Assembly (NCBI GenBank): GCA_051745635.1
Contig: JBNJEH010000003.1
Coordinates: forward strand, 19,945-83,944
Reading direction: 5' to 3'
Source of the DNA: Bacteroidota bacterium
GTDB lineage: Bacteria; Bacteroidota; Bacteroidia; Flavobacteriales_D; Crocinitomicaceae
Length of the DNA stretch: 64,000 nucleotides
The notes under the pieces were generated by a model. The model ran no database searches. It had not been told where the DNA came from and saw only the letters and a program-made list of their open reading frames with translations. Every line of letters starts with the position of its first letter. Position 1 is the stretch's first letter. Position numbers and translations under genes: made by a program. Positions 1-9,500 of the stretch are shown here, piece by piece.

Positions 1-1
1 G

Positions 2-283
2 ATTCACATTACCGTAAAAAATCGTCAGCAGGAGCGCGTCGAAATGAGTGCAGAAGAACTGGCTGACAAACTAAAAAGCGTATTTGGAAGTCGCGTCCTG
101 GGACCAGAATTTCCGATTGTTCAACGCATTCAGAATCAGTATTTGAAAGTGATTCGACTTAAAGTGGAGCGCGAAGCTTCACAGAAGAATGTTAAACAAC
201 ACTTGCGAAAAATAATCAATAAGTTTTATGAAAACAGCATGAATAAACCCGTTCGAATCATTATTGATGTCGATCCGATGTAA
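2..283 (+). CDS. priA: Primosomal protein N' (PriA), C-terminal fragment (5' end outside window)
   Basis: Open frame from base 2; VLGPEFPIVQRIQNQY...IIIDVDPM matches the PriA C-terminal domain ending in the characteristic DVDP motif. Confidence 0.85.
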   Translation: MHITVKNRQQERVEMSAEELADKLKSVFGSRVLGPEFPIVQRIQNQYLKVIRLKVEREASQKNVKQHLRKIINKFYENSMNKPVRIIIDVDPM

Positions 284-305
284 CTGAAAGCGTTTATTTG
301 TCGAA

Positions 306-926
306 TTATTGCTTTTCACTCAGGGTAAAATCAATCAATGCTTCCTCCCTGTAAAGATCTTCCTCATAATCAATATCAGATTTTTCCTGAAGTAATGAAA
401 AGCTCAGCGCGTGTTTTTTTATAGTAGCTATGGTTTCATTGATGAGGTGGGGCGTGCTCCAGCTTTTATCCTGAAAAAGTGCGGGGATGAATTGGCGCAT
501 ACCCAATAAATAGTATCCGCCGTCCAGCGCAGGTCCTATTACCACGTCGTTGGTAGCCAATGCGGTAAAAGCCGCGTGAATATCTTCTTCATTGATTTCA
601 GCACAGTCGGAGCCTATGATTACCACTCTTTTATATCCCTGGTCAAAACTATCTTTGAATGCAGCGACCATTTTCTGACCGAGATCGCCTTTGATTTGTT
701 GCTTTTTATCGAAATACGCATCGCTCCATCGGTCGTCTTTGTGAATGGTATTTGAGTAGTAGACGCATCGATCCGCATTGACTCGTTCTGTAAATCGCAC
801 AGTGTGATCCAGTAATTGGAGATACACATTCAAAGCGGCCTCGTTACCGATAGTGGCAGCCAAACGCGTTTTGCATTTTCCCGGTTCCGGGTTCTTTGTG
901 AAAATAAGTAATTGTCTGTCATTCAT
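306..926 (-). CDS. TIGR04282/DUF2064 family glycosyltransferase-like protein (rSAM/arsenosugar-associated)
   Basis: LLIFTKNPEPGKCKTRLAATIG, VVIIGSDC and VIGPALDGGYYLLG motifs. Start placed at ATG 926 (MNDRQ), which overlaps the rhodanese stop; the ORF-track start at 1067 overlaps the upstream gene. Confidence 0.85.
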   Translation of the reverse strand: MNDRQLLIFTKNPEPGKCKTRLAATIGNEAALNVYLQLLDHTVRFTERVNADRCVYYSNTIHKDDRWSDAYFDKKQQIKGDLGQKMVAAFKDSFDQGYKRVVIIGSDCAEINEEDIHAAFTALATNDVVIGPALDGGYYLLGMRQFIPALFQDKSWSTPHLINETIATIKKHALSFSLLQEKSDIDYEEDLYREEALIDFTLSEKQ

Positions 927-1428
927 ATACCACTGGTGCTTTTTCAATCCAACGTCCCCAAAAACGATTGTATCCGTGGATATTGTCCGTTTGTTTACCC
1001 AGAGAATCTTCCAGGGGACGAAACTGATCGGCCCACAAAAACGCTCCACCATACAGGTTTTTAACATTTTCGAAGCCTTTTTCTTTCATTTTTTTTGCCA
1101 CATTTTGACTGCGTACACCGATGGAGCAGTAAACTACCACGGGCTTATCGCGATCCATCGTGTCAATGACCTCCCATTGCAGCTGATCGTAGCCAACGTG
1201 AATGGACTGCGGTAAATGACTTGTGGCGTACTCTGGCCGTTCCCGCGTATCGAGAATATAAAACGCCGCATCCTGGCGCACCCATTCTTCAACTGAATCG
1301 GGCGGTATCGTCGGGAAATCATATTTGCGCTCCAGCATTTTTTCATAACGCGGTGCAATTTCCTGGGCAACAATCGATGTCCCTCCAGCGAAAACAATCA
1401 AATAAAGCAATAGTCGCAGTGGTCTCAT
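919..1428 (-). CDS. Rhodanese-like domain protein with N-terminal signal peptide
   Basis: ILDTRERPEYATSHLP and VVVYCSIGVRS (active-site Cys loop), NLYGG; hydrophobic N-terminus. Confidence 0.85.
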   Translation of the reverse strand: MRPLRLLLYLIVFAGGTSIVAQEIAPRYEKMLERKYDFPTIPPDSVEEWVRQDAAFYILDTRERPEYATSHLPQSIHVGYDQLQWEVIDTMDRDKPVVVYCSIGVRSQNVAKKMKEKGFENVKNLYGGAFLWADQFRPLEDSLGKQTDNIHGYNRFWGRWIEKAPVVYE

Positions 1429-1431
1429 CGT

Positions 1432-2505
1432 CTAAGTTGTTGTTCCCTGACAGCTGGAACCGGCGCCGGCGGTACAACCATAACAATGTTGACCCGTGAC
1501 GATGGTGCGGTCGTAGAGCATTTTTTCATCAAAATTACTGACGTGCTGGCGATCACTTTTTACTTTTAATTGCAGCATTTGATTGAAATCGCAATCGTAC
1601 AAATACCCTTGCCAGTCGACGGAAATGGTGTTTTTGCACATGACATTTTCAGCCGCTGCAGGATTGAAAGCATTGATCAGCGTTTCCATATAATCCTCGT
1701 ATTTGTTCGCCGCAAGGAGAAAATCGAGGTACCTGGAAATGGGCAAATTGGTAATGGTGTACAAACGATCGAAATCGATGTCCCAATCTTCTTTCAACCT
1801 TATTTTATAATCTTGTTCTAGTGCTTCCTGAGCTGGCGGAAGACTCGCCCCGCCAGGATTATAGACCAGGTGTAAATCGAGATTGCTGTCTGACTTACCG
1901 TAGCCGAGTTGATTCAGATTTTGAAGCGCTTCAATAGAACGGTTAAAAACCCCGGATCCGCGTTGTTTATCGACATTTTCCTCAGAATAACAAGGCATCG
2001 ATGCAATGACTTCTATACCGTGTTCCTTGAAAAATGCGGGAAATGTACGGAAATTTTTGTTGGAGACGAGTATGGTGAGATTGGAACGCACAATCGTGTG
2101 TACACCGCGCTCCGAAAGTGCTTCAACCAGCCATTTAAAATGCGGGTTCATTTCTGGTGCTCCACCGGTTAAATCAACCGTCTTTACCGAAGTTTGATCG
2201 ATGATTTTAAGGACATCTTTCAACGTTTCTTTGGTCATAATTTCTTTGCGGTCCGGACCTGCATCTACGTGACAGTGCTCGCAGGTAAGGTCGCACATAT
2301 AGCCGAGATTGAGCTGTAAAATTTCCAGCGTTCGCGGTCGAAAAGGAAGTTGGTCGTGCTCGTCGAGCTGGTCATTAAATCCTTTGCCCACACGCCGATC
2401 GTGCTCCAGCAGGTTGATTTGATTTTCCGCCTCAGCGAGATAACTTTTTCTCCGTTGTAACGATTTTAATTTTTTCTTTTTCTTATTTCCAGCAACTGTA
2501 GCCAT
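1432..2505 (-). CDS. arsS: Arsenosugar-biosynthesis-type radical SAM protein ArsS (TIGR04167-like, DUF3641 C-terminus)
   Basis: LQLNLGYMCDLTCEHCHVDAGP (CxxxCxxC), DLTGGAPEMNP, YDCDFNQML and C-terminal HCYGCTAGAGSSCQG. Start chosen at ATG 2505 (MATVAG). Confidence 0.85.
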   Translation of the reverse strand: MATVAGNKKKKKLKSLQRRKSYLAEAENQINLLEHDRRVGKGFNDQLDEHDQLPFRPRTLEILQLNLGYMCDLTCEHCHVDAGPDRKEIMTKETLKDVLKIIDQTSVKTVDLTGGAPEMNPHFKWLVEALSERGVHTIVRSNLTILVSNKNFRTFPAFFKEHGIEVIASMPCYSEENVDKQRGSGVFNRSIEALQNLNQLGYGKSDSNLDLHLVYNPGGASLPPAQEALEQDYKIRLKEDWDIDFDRLYTITNLPISRYLDFLLAANKYEDYMETLINAFNPAAAENVMCKNTISVDWQGYLYDCDFNQMLQLKVKSDRQHVSNFDEKMLYDRTIVTGQHCYGCTAGAGSSCQGTTT

Positions 2506-2534
2506 AAAATTGGTTTTCTTTAAATTAAAAAATG

Positions 2535-2758
2535 GGTTTAACTCCACTTCGACTTGGGCGCTCAGTACATCGCGTTGAGCTCCTTTTAGTCGGTTCCAAG
2601 ATAGGTCGTAAATTTTAAATTAAAACATTCTTTCTTATTGGATGCTTTTTTTTATAAAAGATGTTAGACTTGGAGATGTTAGATATTCTTAATATCAGTT
2701 ATCTAACATCTATTGTCTAAGTATCTAACATCTGTATCTTTAATAAGCATTCATTATT
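2535..2758. repeat. Dispersed ~224-bp non-coding element, copy 1 (inverted relative to 51046-51266)
   Basis: Its reverse complement aligns end to end with 51046-51266 (AATAATGAAT...GTTAAACC), about 27 differences by hand alignment. Confidence 0.9.
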
Positions 2759-3088
2759 GTTTTACGACTTACTTTGGTAATCCTAATTAAAAATATGTCG
2801 GTATGGAGCGTCATACCTTACATAGTTACGTAAAAATAATTTTTTTGGATTTCTAAAAGCCCGGATTCATAAAAATCCTTATCTTTTCGGTGGAAAAAGA
2901 CAAATGACAGATTTACATGACAGGCGAATTGATGGAGGTGTTATCCTTTAATTTGCTGCTAAAGAGTGATTTTTATGCATTGTGTAAAACAGATGAATTC
3001 TCAGAATCAGTAAAAACGTCAGTAATAAAGCGAATAGAATGATAGTTGTAACAAATGGTTGCAACGGAAAATAAATAAAACAACATAT

Positions 3089-3901
3089 ATGAAAGTTTTA
3101 GTAATTGGTGGAGGAAACATGGGATTGACTTATTCTGAAGGAATGGCCACTTCCGAACTCTTGAACAGAAGAAAGTTAATGGTTCATGACTTGAGTGCCG
3201 AAACCATCGCACGTTTAAAAGAAAACCCGGAATTCGATGTCCACGAAACGCTCGAGGATTGTTTGCCGCAGGCGGATATCGTTTTTGTGGCAGTGAAACC
3301 TTACCACTGTGAGGCTTTGTTTGAAAAAATGAAGCCGATGGTCAACGATCAACAAGTATTTGTTTCGCTCATGGCCGGTGTGACGATAGATTTCATCAAA
3401 GATACGTTAGAAGCGCCCAAAGTGATCAGAACGATGCCGAACCTGCCCGCTAAGGTAGGAATGGGCGTTACCTCCTTTACAGAATCTGAGGCCGTTTCGC
3501 GCGTGGAACTCTTGATGGTGCGCAATTTACTGGACACTACAGGTGCTTCTATACATGTGGAGACAGAAGCGTTTATCGATAAGTCAACTGGAATATCGGG
3601 TAGTGGGCCCGCTTACGTTTTTTACTTTATGAACTCTATGCTGGAGGCAGCCAAAAAAATGGGCTTCTCCGATAACGATTCGAAAGTATTGGTGAGCGCC
3701 ACTTTTGAAGGGGCAGTGAAATTGTTCAATGAATCTGACCTCACGCCGCAAATCTGGATGGATCGCGTAGCTTCTAAAGGCGGGACGACACAGGCGGCAC
3801 TGGACTCTATGGACGATAATAACATCAAAGACCTGATTAAAGATGCAGCTTATGCAGCTTTTGATCGTGCCGTTGAATTAGGAGAAGAATCAAATCAATA
3901 A
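3089..3901 (+). CDS. proC: Pyrroline-5-carboxylate reductase
   Basis: MKVLVIGGGNMG Rossmann motif, VAVKP, SLMAGV, RTMPNLP, TGISGSGPAYVF, VASKGGTT. Confidence 0.95.
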   Translation: MKVLVIGGGNMGLTYSEGMATSELLNRRKLMVHDLSAETIARLKENPEFDVHETLEDCLPQADIVFVAVKPYHCEALFEKMKPMVNDQQVFVSLMAGVTIDFIKDTLEAPKVIRTMPNLPAKVGMGVTSFTESEAVSRVELLMVRNLLDTTGASIHVETEAFIDKSTGISGSGPAYVFYFMNSMLEAAKKMGFSDNDSKVLVSATFEGAVKLFNESDLTPQIWMDRVASKGGTTQAALDSMDDNNIKDLIKDAAYAAFDRAVELGEESNQ

Positions 3902-3911
3902 AAAAATAGTT

Positions 3912-4694
3912 TTGGAAGATTTTAAGAAAAGAATCGTAGTTAAAGTTGGTACGAATGTGATGACCAACAGAAATAATAGAATTGTTGGTCCCATCTTGAA
4001 AAATCTGGTCCGTCAGATCGCTTATCTCTATGAACGGGATATCATCACGATCCTCGTATCTTCGGGATCTGCCATTGCTGGGAAGGAAGTGCTCGGAGAT
4101 TGCCTTGCTGAAGATGCCAGCACGCGCCGACAAATATTTTCATCTGTTGGTCAGCCGCGATTGATGCGCCATTATTATTCCATGTTTCACGATTTTGGGA
4201 TGCGCTGTGCACAGGTATTAGCGACCAAACGGGATTTTGCCCCTGGTAAATACCGCGAAAACATGATCAACTGTTACGAAGGGCTTCTCGCCGAAGGAAT
4301 CATTCCGATTGCCAATGAAGATGACGCCGTTTCGCTCACTATGTCGATGTTTTCGGATAACGATGAACTTGCGAGCCTCGTAGCTGAACTGGTAGATGCT
4401 GAAATGTTGATCATGTTGACGGACATTGACGGACTTTATACTGGTCATCCCAATGATGATGGTTCAGAACTGTTACACCGCGTGAAAGTCAATCAGAACG
4501 TTGAAAAATACGTTCAGGAATCCGACAAAGGAGAAGGCGAAGGCCGAGGAGGCATGGAATCCAAGCTAAAAATTGCTAAATCGACGGCTGGTAAAGAAAT
4601 TCCGACTTATATCGCCAACGGAAAGGAAGAGGATATCATTATCGATATACTCAAAGGCGAAAAAGTAGGAACGAAGTTTATTTCTGAAGATTAA
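3912..4694 (+). CDS. proB: Glutamate 5-kinase (short form, no PUA domain), TTG start
   Basis: IVVKVGTNV, LVSSGSAIAG, GQPRLM, IPIANEDDAV, FSDNDELASLV, GRGGMESKL. Confidence 0.95.
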   Translation: MEDFKKRIVVKVGTNVMTNRNNRIVGPILKNLVRQIAYLYERDIITILVSSGSAIAGKEVLGDCLAEDASTRRQIFSSVGQPRLMRHYYSMFHDFGMRCAQVLATKRDFAPGKYRENMINCYEGLLAEGIIPIANEDDAVSLTMSMFSDNDELASLVAELVDAEMLIMLTDIDGLYTGHPNDDGSELLHRVKVNQNVEKYVQESDKGEGEGRGGMESKLKIAKSTAGKEIPTYIANGKEEDIIIDILKGEKVGTKFISED

Positions 4695-4725
4695 TTCAAA
4701 CAAAAATCTAAAAATTAAACAAACT

Positions 4726-5925
4726 ATGAAGTTTTTAAGTACAAACAAGAAAAATGCAGTTTTACAATCGATGATGGATATTATCGATGGCAAAAGAGAA
4801 GAGATTATTGCTGAAAACAAGAAAGATCTGGATGCTTTTCAACGCGACGATCAGGCACTTTACGATCGTTTGGTCGTAGATAGTGCTAAAGTCGATGGGA
4901 TGATTCAGGCGATTCGGGAAGTCAAAGAGCAAGATGACCCCGTAGGAAAAGAGATTTCTTCACGAACGTTGGATACAGGATTGAAAATCATCAATAAAAC
5001 CGATCCTTTTGGAACGATCATGATCATTTATGAATCGCGCCCCGACGTTACGATTGAGGCAGCTGTTCTCGCTTTTAAGGCGAACAATAAAATTTTGCTA
5101 AAAGGCGGTCGCGAAGCATACAACAGCAACAAAGTACTGGTAAAATGCTGGCACGAGGCATTGAAAGCAAACGATCTCGGAGACGAATGGATTAAAATGC
5201 TGGAAATGAATCGCGAAGAGACGCAGGAATTTTTGCGCAACCCAAGTGAAAAACTCGATTTGATTGTGCCGAGAGGCGGTGAAAAATTGATCGAATTTGT
5301 GAAGTTGCATGCAAAATGCGCCGTACTCATTAGTGGTCGCGGTAACAACTTCCTTTATGTTTCACCAAAAGCCGACTGGGCTAAAGCTGTGAAGGTCATT
5401 ATCAATGCGAAAACCGATAAAATTTCTGGTTGTAACGCACTCGATAAGGTACTCGTGGATAAAAACCTCGATGGATACGAAGCTAAATTGCAGGATCTCG
5501 AGGGCGAACTTCAGAAGGCGGGCGTTCATATCGTCGCAGATGATGAAGTTTCTCGCGTATTGAAGGATGCTGAAAAGTTGATTGATGAATCGATCTGGCA
5601 AGAGGAGTTCCTCGCCATGAAGATTTTAATCGGTGCTGTGAATGATCAAAAAGAAGCCATGGATGTTATCAATAAGAACTCCGGACACCACTCGAGCGTT
5701 ATTATGACAGAAGATAGTAGCGAAGCGGAGAAATTCATGCAGCAAGTCGATAGTGCAGCTGTCTATCAAAATGCTTCAACGCGCTTTACTGATGGTGGTC
5801 AAATGGGCGTTGGTGCAGAGTTGGCAATCAGTACTGATAAACTTCACCACCGCGGACCGCTCGGTTTGAAACAGCTGACGACGAACAAATATTACGTCTT
5901 TGGTGATGGTCACATTCGTGAATAA
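4726..5925 (+). CDS. proA: Gamma-glutamyl phosphate reductase
   Basis: PFGTIMIIYESRPDVT, LKGGREA, VPRGGEKLI, SGCNALD (catalytic Cys), NASTRFTDGGQMGVGAELAISTDKLHHRGPLGL. Confidence 0.95.
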   Translation: MKFLSTNKKNAVLQSMMDIIDGKREEIIAENKKDLDAFQRDDQALYDRLVVDSAKVDGMIQAIREVKEQDDPVGKEISSRTLDTGLKIINKTDPFGTIMIIYESRPDVTIEAAVLAFKANNKILLKGGREAYNSNKVLVKCWHEALKANDLGDEWIKMLEMNREETQEFLRNPSEKLDLIVPRGGEKLIEFVKLHAKCAVLISGRGNNFLYVSPKADWAKAVKVIINAKTDKISGCNALDKVLVDKNLDGYEAKLQDLEGELQKAGVHIVADDEVSRVLKDAEKLIDESIWQEEFLAMKILIGAVNDQKEAMDVINKNSGHHSSVIMTEDSSEAEKFMQQVDSAAVYQNASTRFTDGGQMGVGAELAISTDKLHHRGPLGLKQLTTNKYYVFGDGHIRE

Positions 5926-5949
5926 ATAGATACAATTTAAAGTATATTC

Positions 5950-5983
5950 AAGGGTCGGGGTTTTTGAAATCCCGGCCTTTTTT
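5950..5983 (+). terminator. Intrinsic terminator of the pro operon
   Basis: AGGGTCGGG / CCCGGCCTT stem followed by a T run, 25 nt after the proA stop. Confidence 0.75.
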
Positions 5984-6039
5984 GTTTATCGCTTTATCGG
6001 TTAGGAATTCATCCCTTACTGATAGAAGCTGATTCTAAC

Positions 6040-6295
6040 CTCGCAGTGGCTTCAGCCACCTAGTGCCGATATTCTTGATTGAAGACCAAGCCGGTGAAGA
6101 GACTCATCTCGGCAAGCTAGATGTATCACATCTCGACAAGCTTATCTTGGCACATCGCCCCTCAATAAACACATTTTAATAAGCTCAATGTGTCACATCG
6201 CATCGTTTTACGAACTTTGCTTGTCCTGAGCTTTGCGATCTTAGCGTAATCTTTATGTTCTTTGCGGTTAATACTGATGCTTTCGATCAGCACAG
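6040..6295. repeat. Degenerate mosaic of REP-like palindromes and short repeats
   Basis: GTGGCTTCAGCCAC palindrome, CTCGACAAGCT / AAGCTCAATGTGTCAC / GTCCTGAGCTT fragments, CTTTGCG repeats, and ATACTGATGCT..TCGATCAGCA shared with 50221-50252. Confidence 0.5.
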
Positions 6296-6575
6296 GTACG
6301 GTTAAGAACCTAAATAAACACTGTCTTTAATTTGCCATCATCTACGAAACTTAAAAATTAGAACTGGTAAACATCGAAACAAGCGTTTAAAAATTAAAAA
6401 CAAAGAAAAACATTCCTGAACCTGCCATCAACTATGAAAAGTATATGTTTCAGCGGTTAAGCATCTAGGTAGGCATTTTACTCTATTTATCCCGGGCTGA
6501 TAAATGCCGTAGAAAATAGAATTTATACGTTTACCTGAATGTCGGTTTTTCGATTGCTGAAATATCAGTGATTAC

Positions 6576-9500
6576 TTATTTGAGCACATTGACGTGCCCT
6601 ACAACGGTCTGACGTTCATCAATGCCTTCAGTCTTATAGATGATTTTCCAGACATAAGTGCCGTCTTTTACGATGCGTTGAGAACTTTTCCCATACGTGC
6701 CATCCCAACCAACTTCGGCATCATTGGATTCAAAAATAACTTCGCCCCAGCGATTGAATATTAATAATTTGAAGTCGAAAGGATCAAATCCACTCGTAAA
6801 TACAGGCTGGAAGACTTCATTAAAATCGTCTTTGTCGGGTGTAAACGTGTTGGGAACATAAAAAATCAACTCTTCACGTATTGTAATAACGGCATAAGCG
6901 GTATCTGCACAGCCATCATTGTTGATGGCGACGAGTTCTACCTCGTATTCATCGGCAGCATTCGGGTAGATATGAACAGGGTTGATGTTAGTTGAACTCT
7001 GGTTATCGCCAAAATCCCATTCAAAATTTTGAGCACCCACTGATGTGTTGGTGAATTCAACCTCGGTATCAATGTTAGTCAGCGTTTCGGGCGAGAACGA
7101 AAATGATGCGTCGGGATAACCGTCTGCGCAGACGTAGTCATCAAATGTAAGGGAGGAAGAACAGCCGTTGGCATCGGTAACTTCAAGCGATACATCATAG
7201 CACCCTGGTGTATCATAGGTGTTTGTAACATCTGTACATCCCGAAGAAGTATTGCCGTCTCCAAAATTCCAGACGCACGAGACATCCGGTCCTGCTGAAG
7301 TATTTGAAAAAGTAGCAGTCACTGGAGCGCATCCTTCCAGGTTTTGTCCTTGAAAATCGACGGTGGGTAGCGGAACCACTTCAATCGTTACCTGATCAGT
7401 GTCGGTGCAACCTTCAATACTTGTACCTGTAACAGTATAGGTTGTTGTGCTTGCGGGAATGAAAGAAACACCATCAGTGACACCATTATCCCAAGTGTAA
7501 GTGTTGGCTCCTGAGCCAGAAAGTACTGCGCTTTCTCCTTCGCAGATTGTGAGGTCATTACCGGCTTCAACGTCGGGCAGCGGATGCGCAGTAACGTCCA
7601 CCTGATCAGTGGCAGTGCAACCAGAGAGTTCAGCTGTAACAGTATACGTTGTCGTTCCTACAGATGGTGTAAAAGGTGTTCCGTCGCCAACACCATTATC
7701 CCACGTTATATTAGCTCCATCGGGATTTGCTGCCGTTAGCGTTACGTTTTCTCCTTCACATACCGTTTGATCGGGACCTGCGTCAACACTTGGTGCATTA
7801 GGTTCTACGAGCGTTAACGAAGTATTATTGGTTCCGTCGCAGCCGTTTAAAGAAACAATGAAGTTGGCAAAAGTACCAGGGCTCAAACCGGTCAGTGTGA
7901 TTTCACCAGCTCCGTCACTCGTCAAGTTGAGCGGACCAACGGGGGTACCATTTTCCGTGTAGGCTATGTTGTAATTCACATTCGCCTGTAATCCACTGAT
8001 CGTTATTGTGCCATCATTCGAACCGCATGAGGATGGATCTGTTCCGGTCAGTGTGAAGTTGGGTACTGGATTAATCGTGACATCAAAAGTAGACTGATCA
8101 AAGCAAGTAGGATCCGGAGTTGTATAAGTAATTGTATATGTGCCCGTAGCCGAAGATAGATCAATAGCCCCGGTATTTGCGTCTACAGTTAACCCTGCAG
8201 GATTAACCGTAAAAGTACCTCCAGGATCACCTGTAATATTTGCGATGGGATCTGTTTCATCCTGACAATAGGTCGTTGCAGGATAATCAAAACTCGCATC
8301 TTCAGTTCCGGTAAACGTGCCAGAGATTGTTTCTGGACAACCCGCGTCATCGACAATATCAAAGGAATAATTGTCACCATCCGTCAGACCAGTAATTGTC
8401 ACTGTACCTCCGTTTGGTACCGTAGTTGTCGATAAATTGGCCGATGCGGGCTGCAAATTAGAAATTGTAAAATTACTGCCGTCAAAAGAAGGTTGGCCTC
8501 CATTTATCGTAATCGTTGCTTCGCCAGCCTGGCAGTCTTCGGTAATCGTTGTTGTAATTTCTTCGAGCAAACTGACCTCAAAAACCTCGCCCATATCGTA
8601 GCAGAAATCACCTCCATTGATAGAAATGGCATAAATGGTATCTGTCATGCTATACATGGTTACAGGAACCAGATAAAGGGTCGAATTATCTCCAATGTTA
8701 TTGGTCAGTGACCAATTCTGGTTCTGAAAGGACGCAATTCCAGCCAAACAGGGATCAGTGTTGATGTCGTCAGGAGGAAACACCGTTGGCGGACAGGAAT
8801 AGGCAAATAGAAAAACGCCGGGGTCATACGTCACTCCGCCTATGTTGAAATCATCCGATGGTTGAAAATCACCATTGCCCGTAATATCCAATTGATCACC
8901 AAAACACAATAAAAAGGGATTGGTTGTCGTCGTGTTTCCGTTGACATTACTGGAGTAGGTTCCCGCATCTGCCGTGCACTCGCATGGGTCTGGATAATCA
9001 AATGTGTTGGAAGTGATCGTGCAAGTGGCATCATCTGTAAAATAAGCCGTCACATCGCATCCTGTAAATCCATCTGAATCAATCCCTGTCAAGTTATAGT
9101 TCTGAGGACTCGAAAAAGGAGCGTTGAATGTCTGTTGGTTTCCGTTACAATCTTCTATAATGAGTTGACCTGTAGCAGGAGGGCTGTCGAATTCAACACT
9201 ACCACTGATCTCAAATTCATTGTTGTTGGGGTCACAGGCAGAAATATTAACGTCGATAAAAGTGAAATTACATGGACAATCAGGGGCTGTATACGAAAGA
9301 CTTTGAGTACATCCAGGATCGTCTGAAAAATAAACGGTGATATTACAGTTCGCTCCGTCGGCATTCAGTCCGGTCAAATTATAATTCGTTGGGCTCGTAA
9401 ACGGTGCATTGAATGTTTGCTGATTTCCATTACAATCCTCTACAATCAATTGTCCTGTGCCAGGAGGAGAATTAAATTCGACCACACCATCGATACTATA

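Noticed and set aside
1432-2547. Selenocysteine or read-through in ArsS, and a longer N-terminus from GTG 2547
   Set aside because: No in-frame TGA; all expected Cys are Cys. The upstream extension runs into the dispersed repeat element, so ATG 2505 is preferred.
2546-2612. Peptide YDLSWNRLKGAQRDVLSAQVEV encoded by the conserved motif
   Set aside because: It is preceded by ATG-TTT-TAA, and copy 2 has a frame-breaking indel, so conservation is at the nucleotide level.
3045-3063. Imperfect palindrome TTGTAAC-N5-GTTGCAA upstream of proC as an operator
   Set aside because: Single, short and imperfect, with no second copy and no candidate regulator nearby.
3912-4694. proB lacking the PUA domain as a truncation
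   Set aside because: The kinase domain is complete and PUA-less glutamate 5-kinases are a known natural form.
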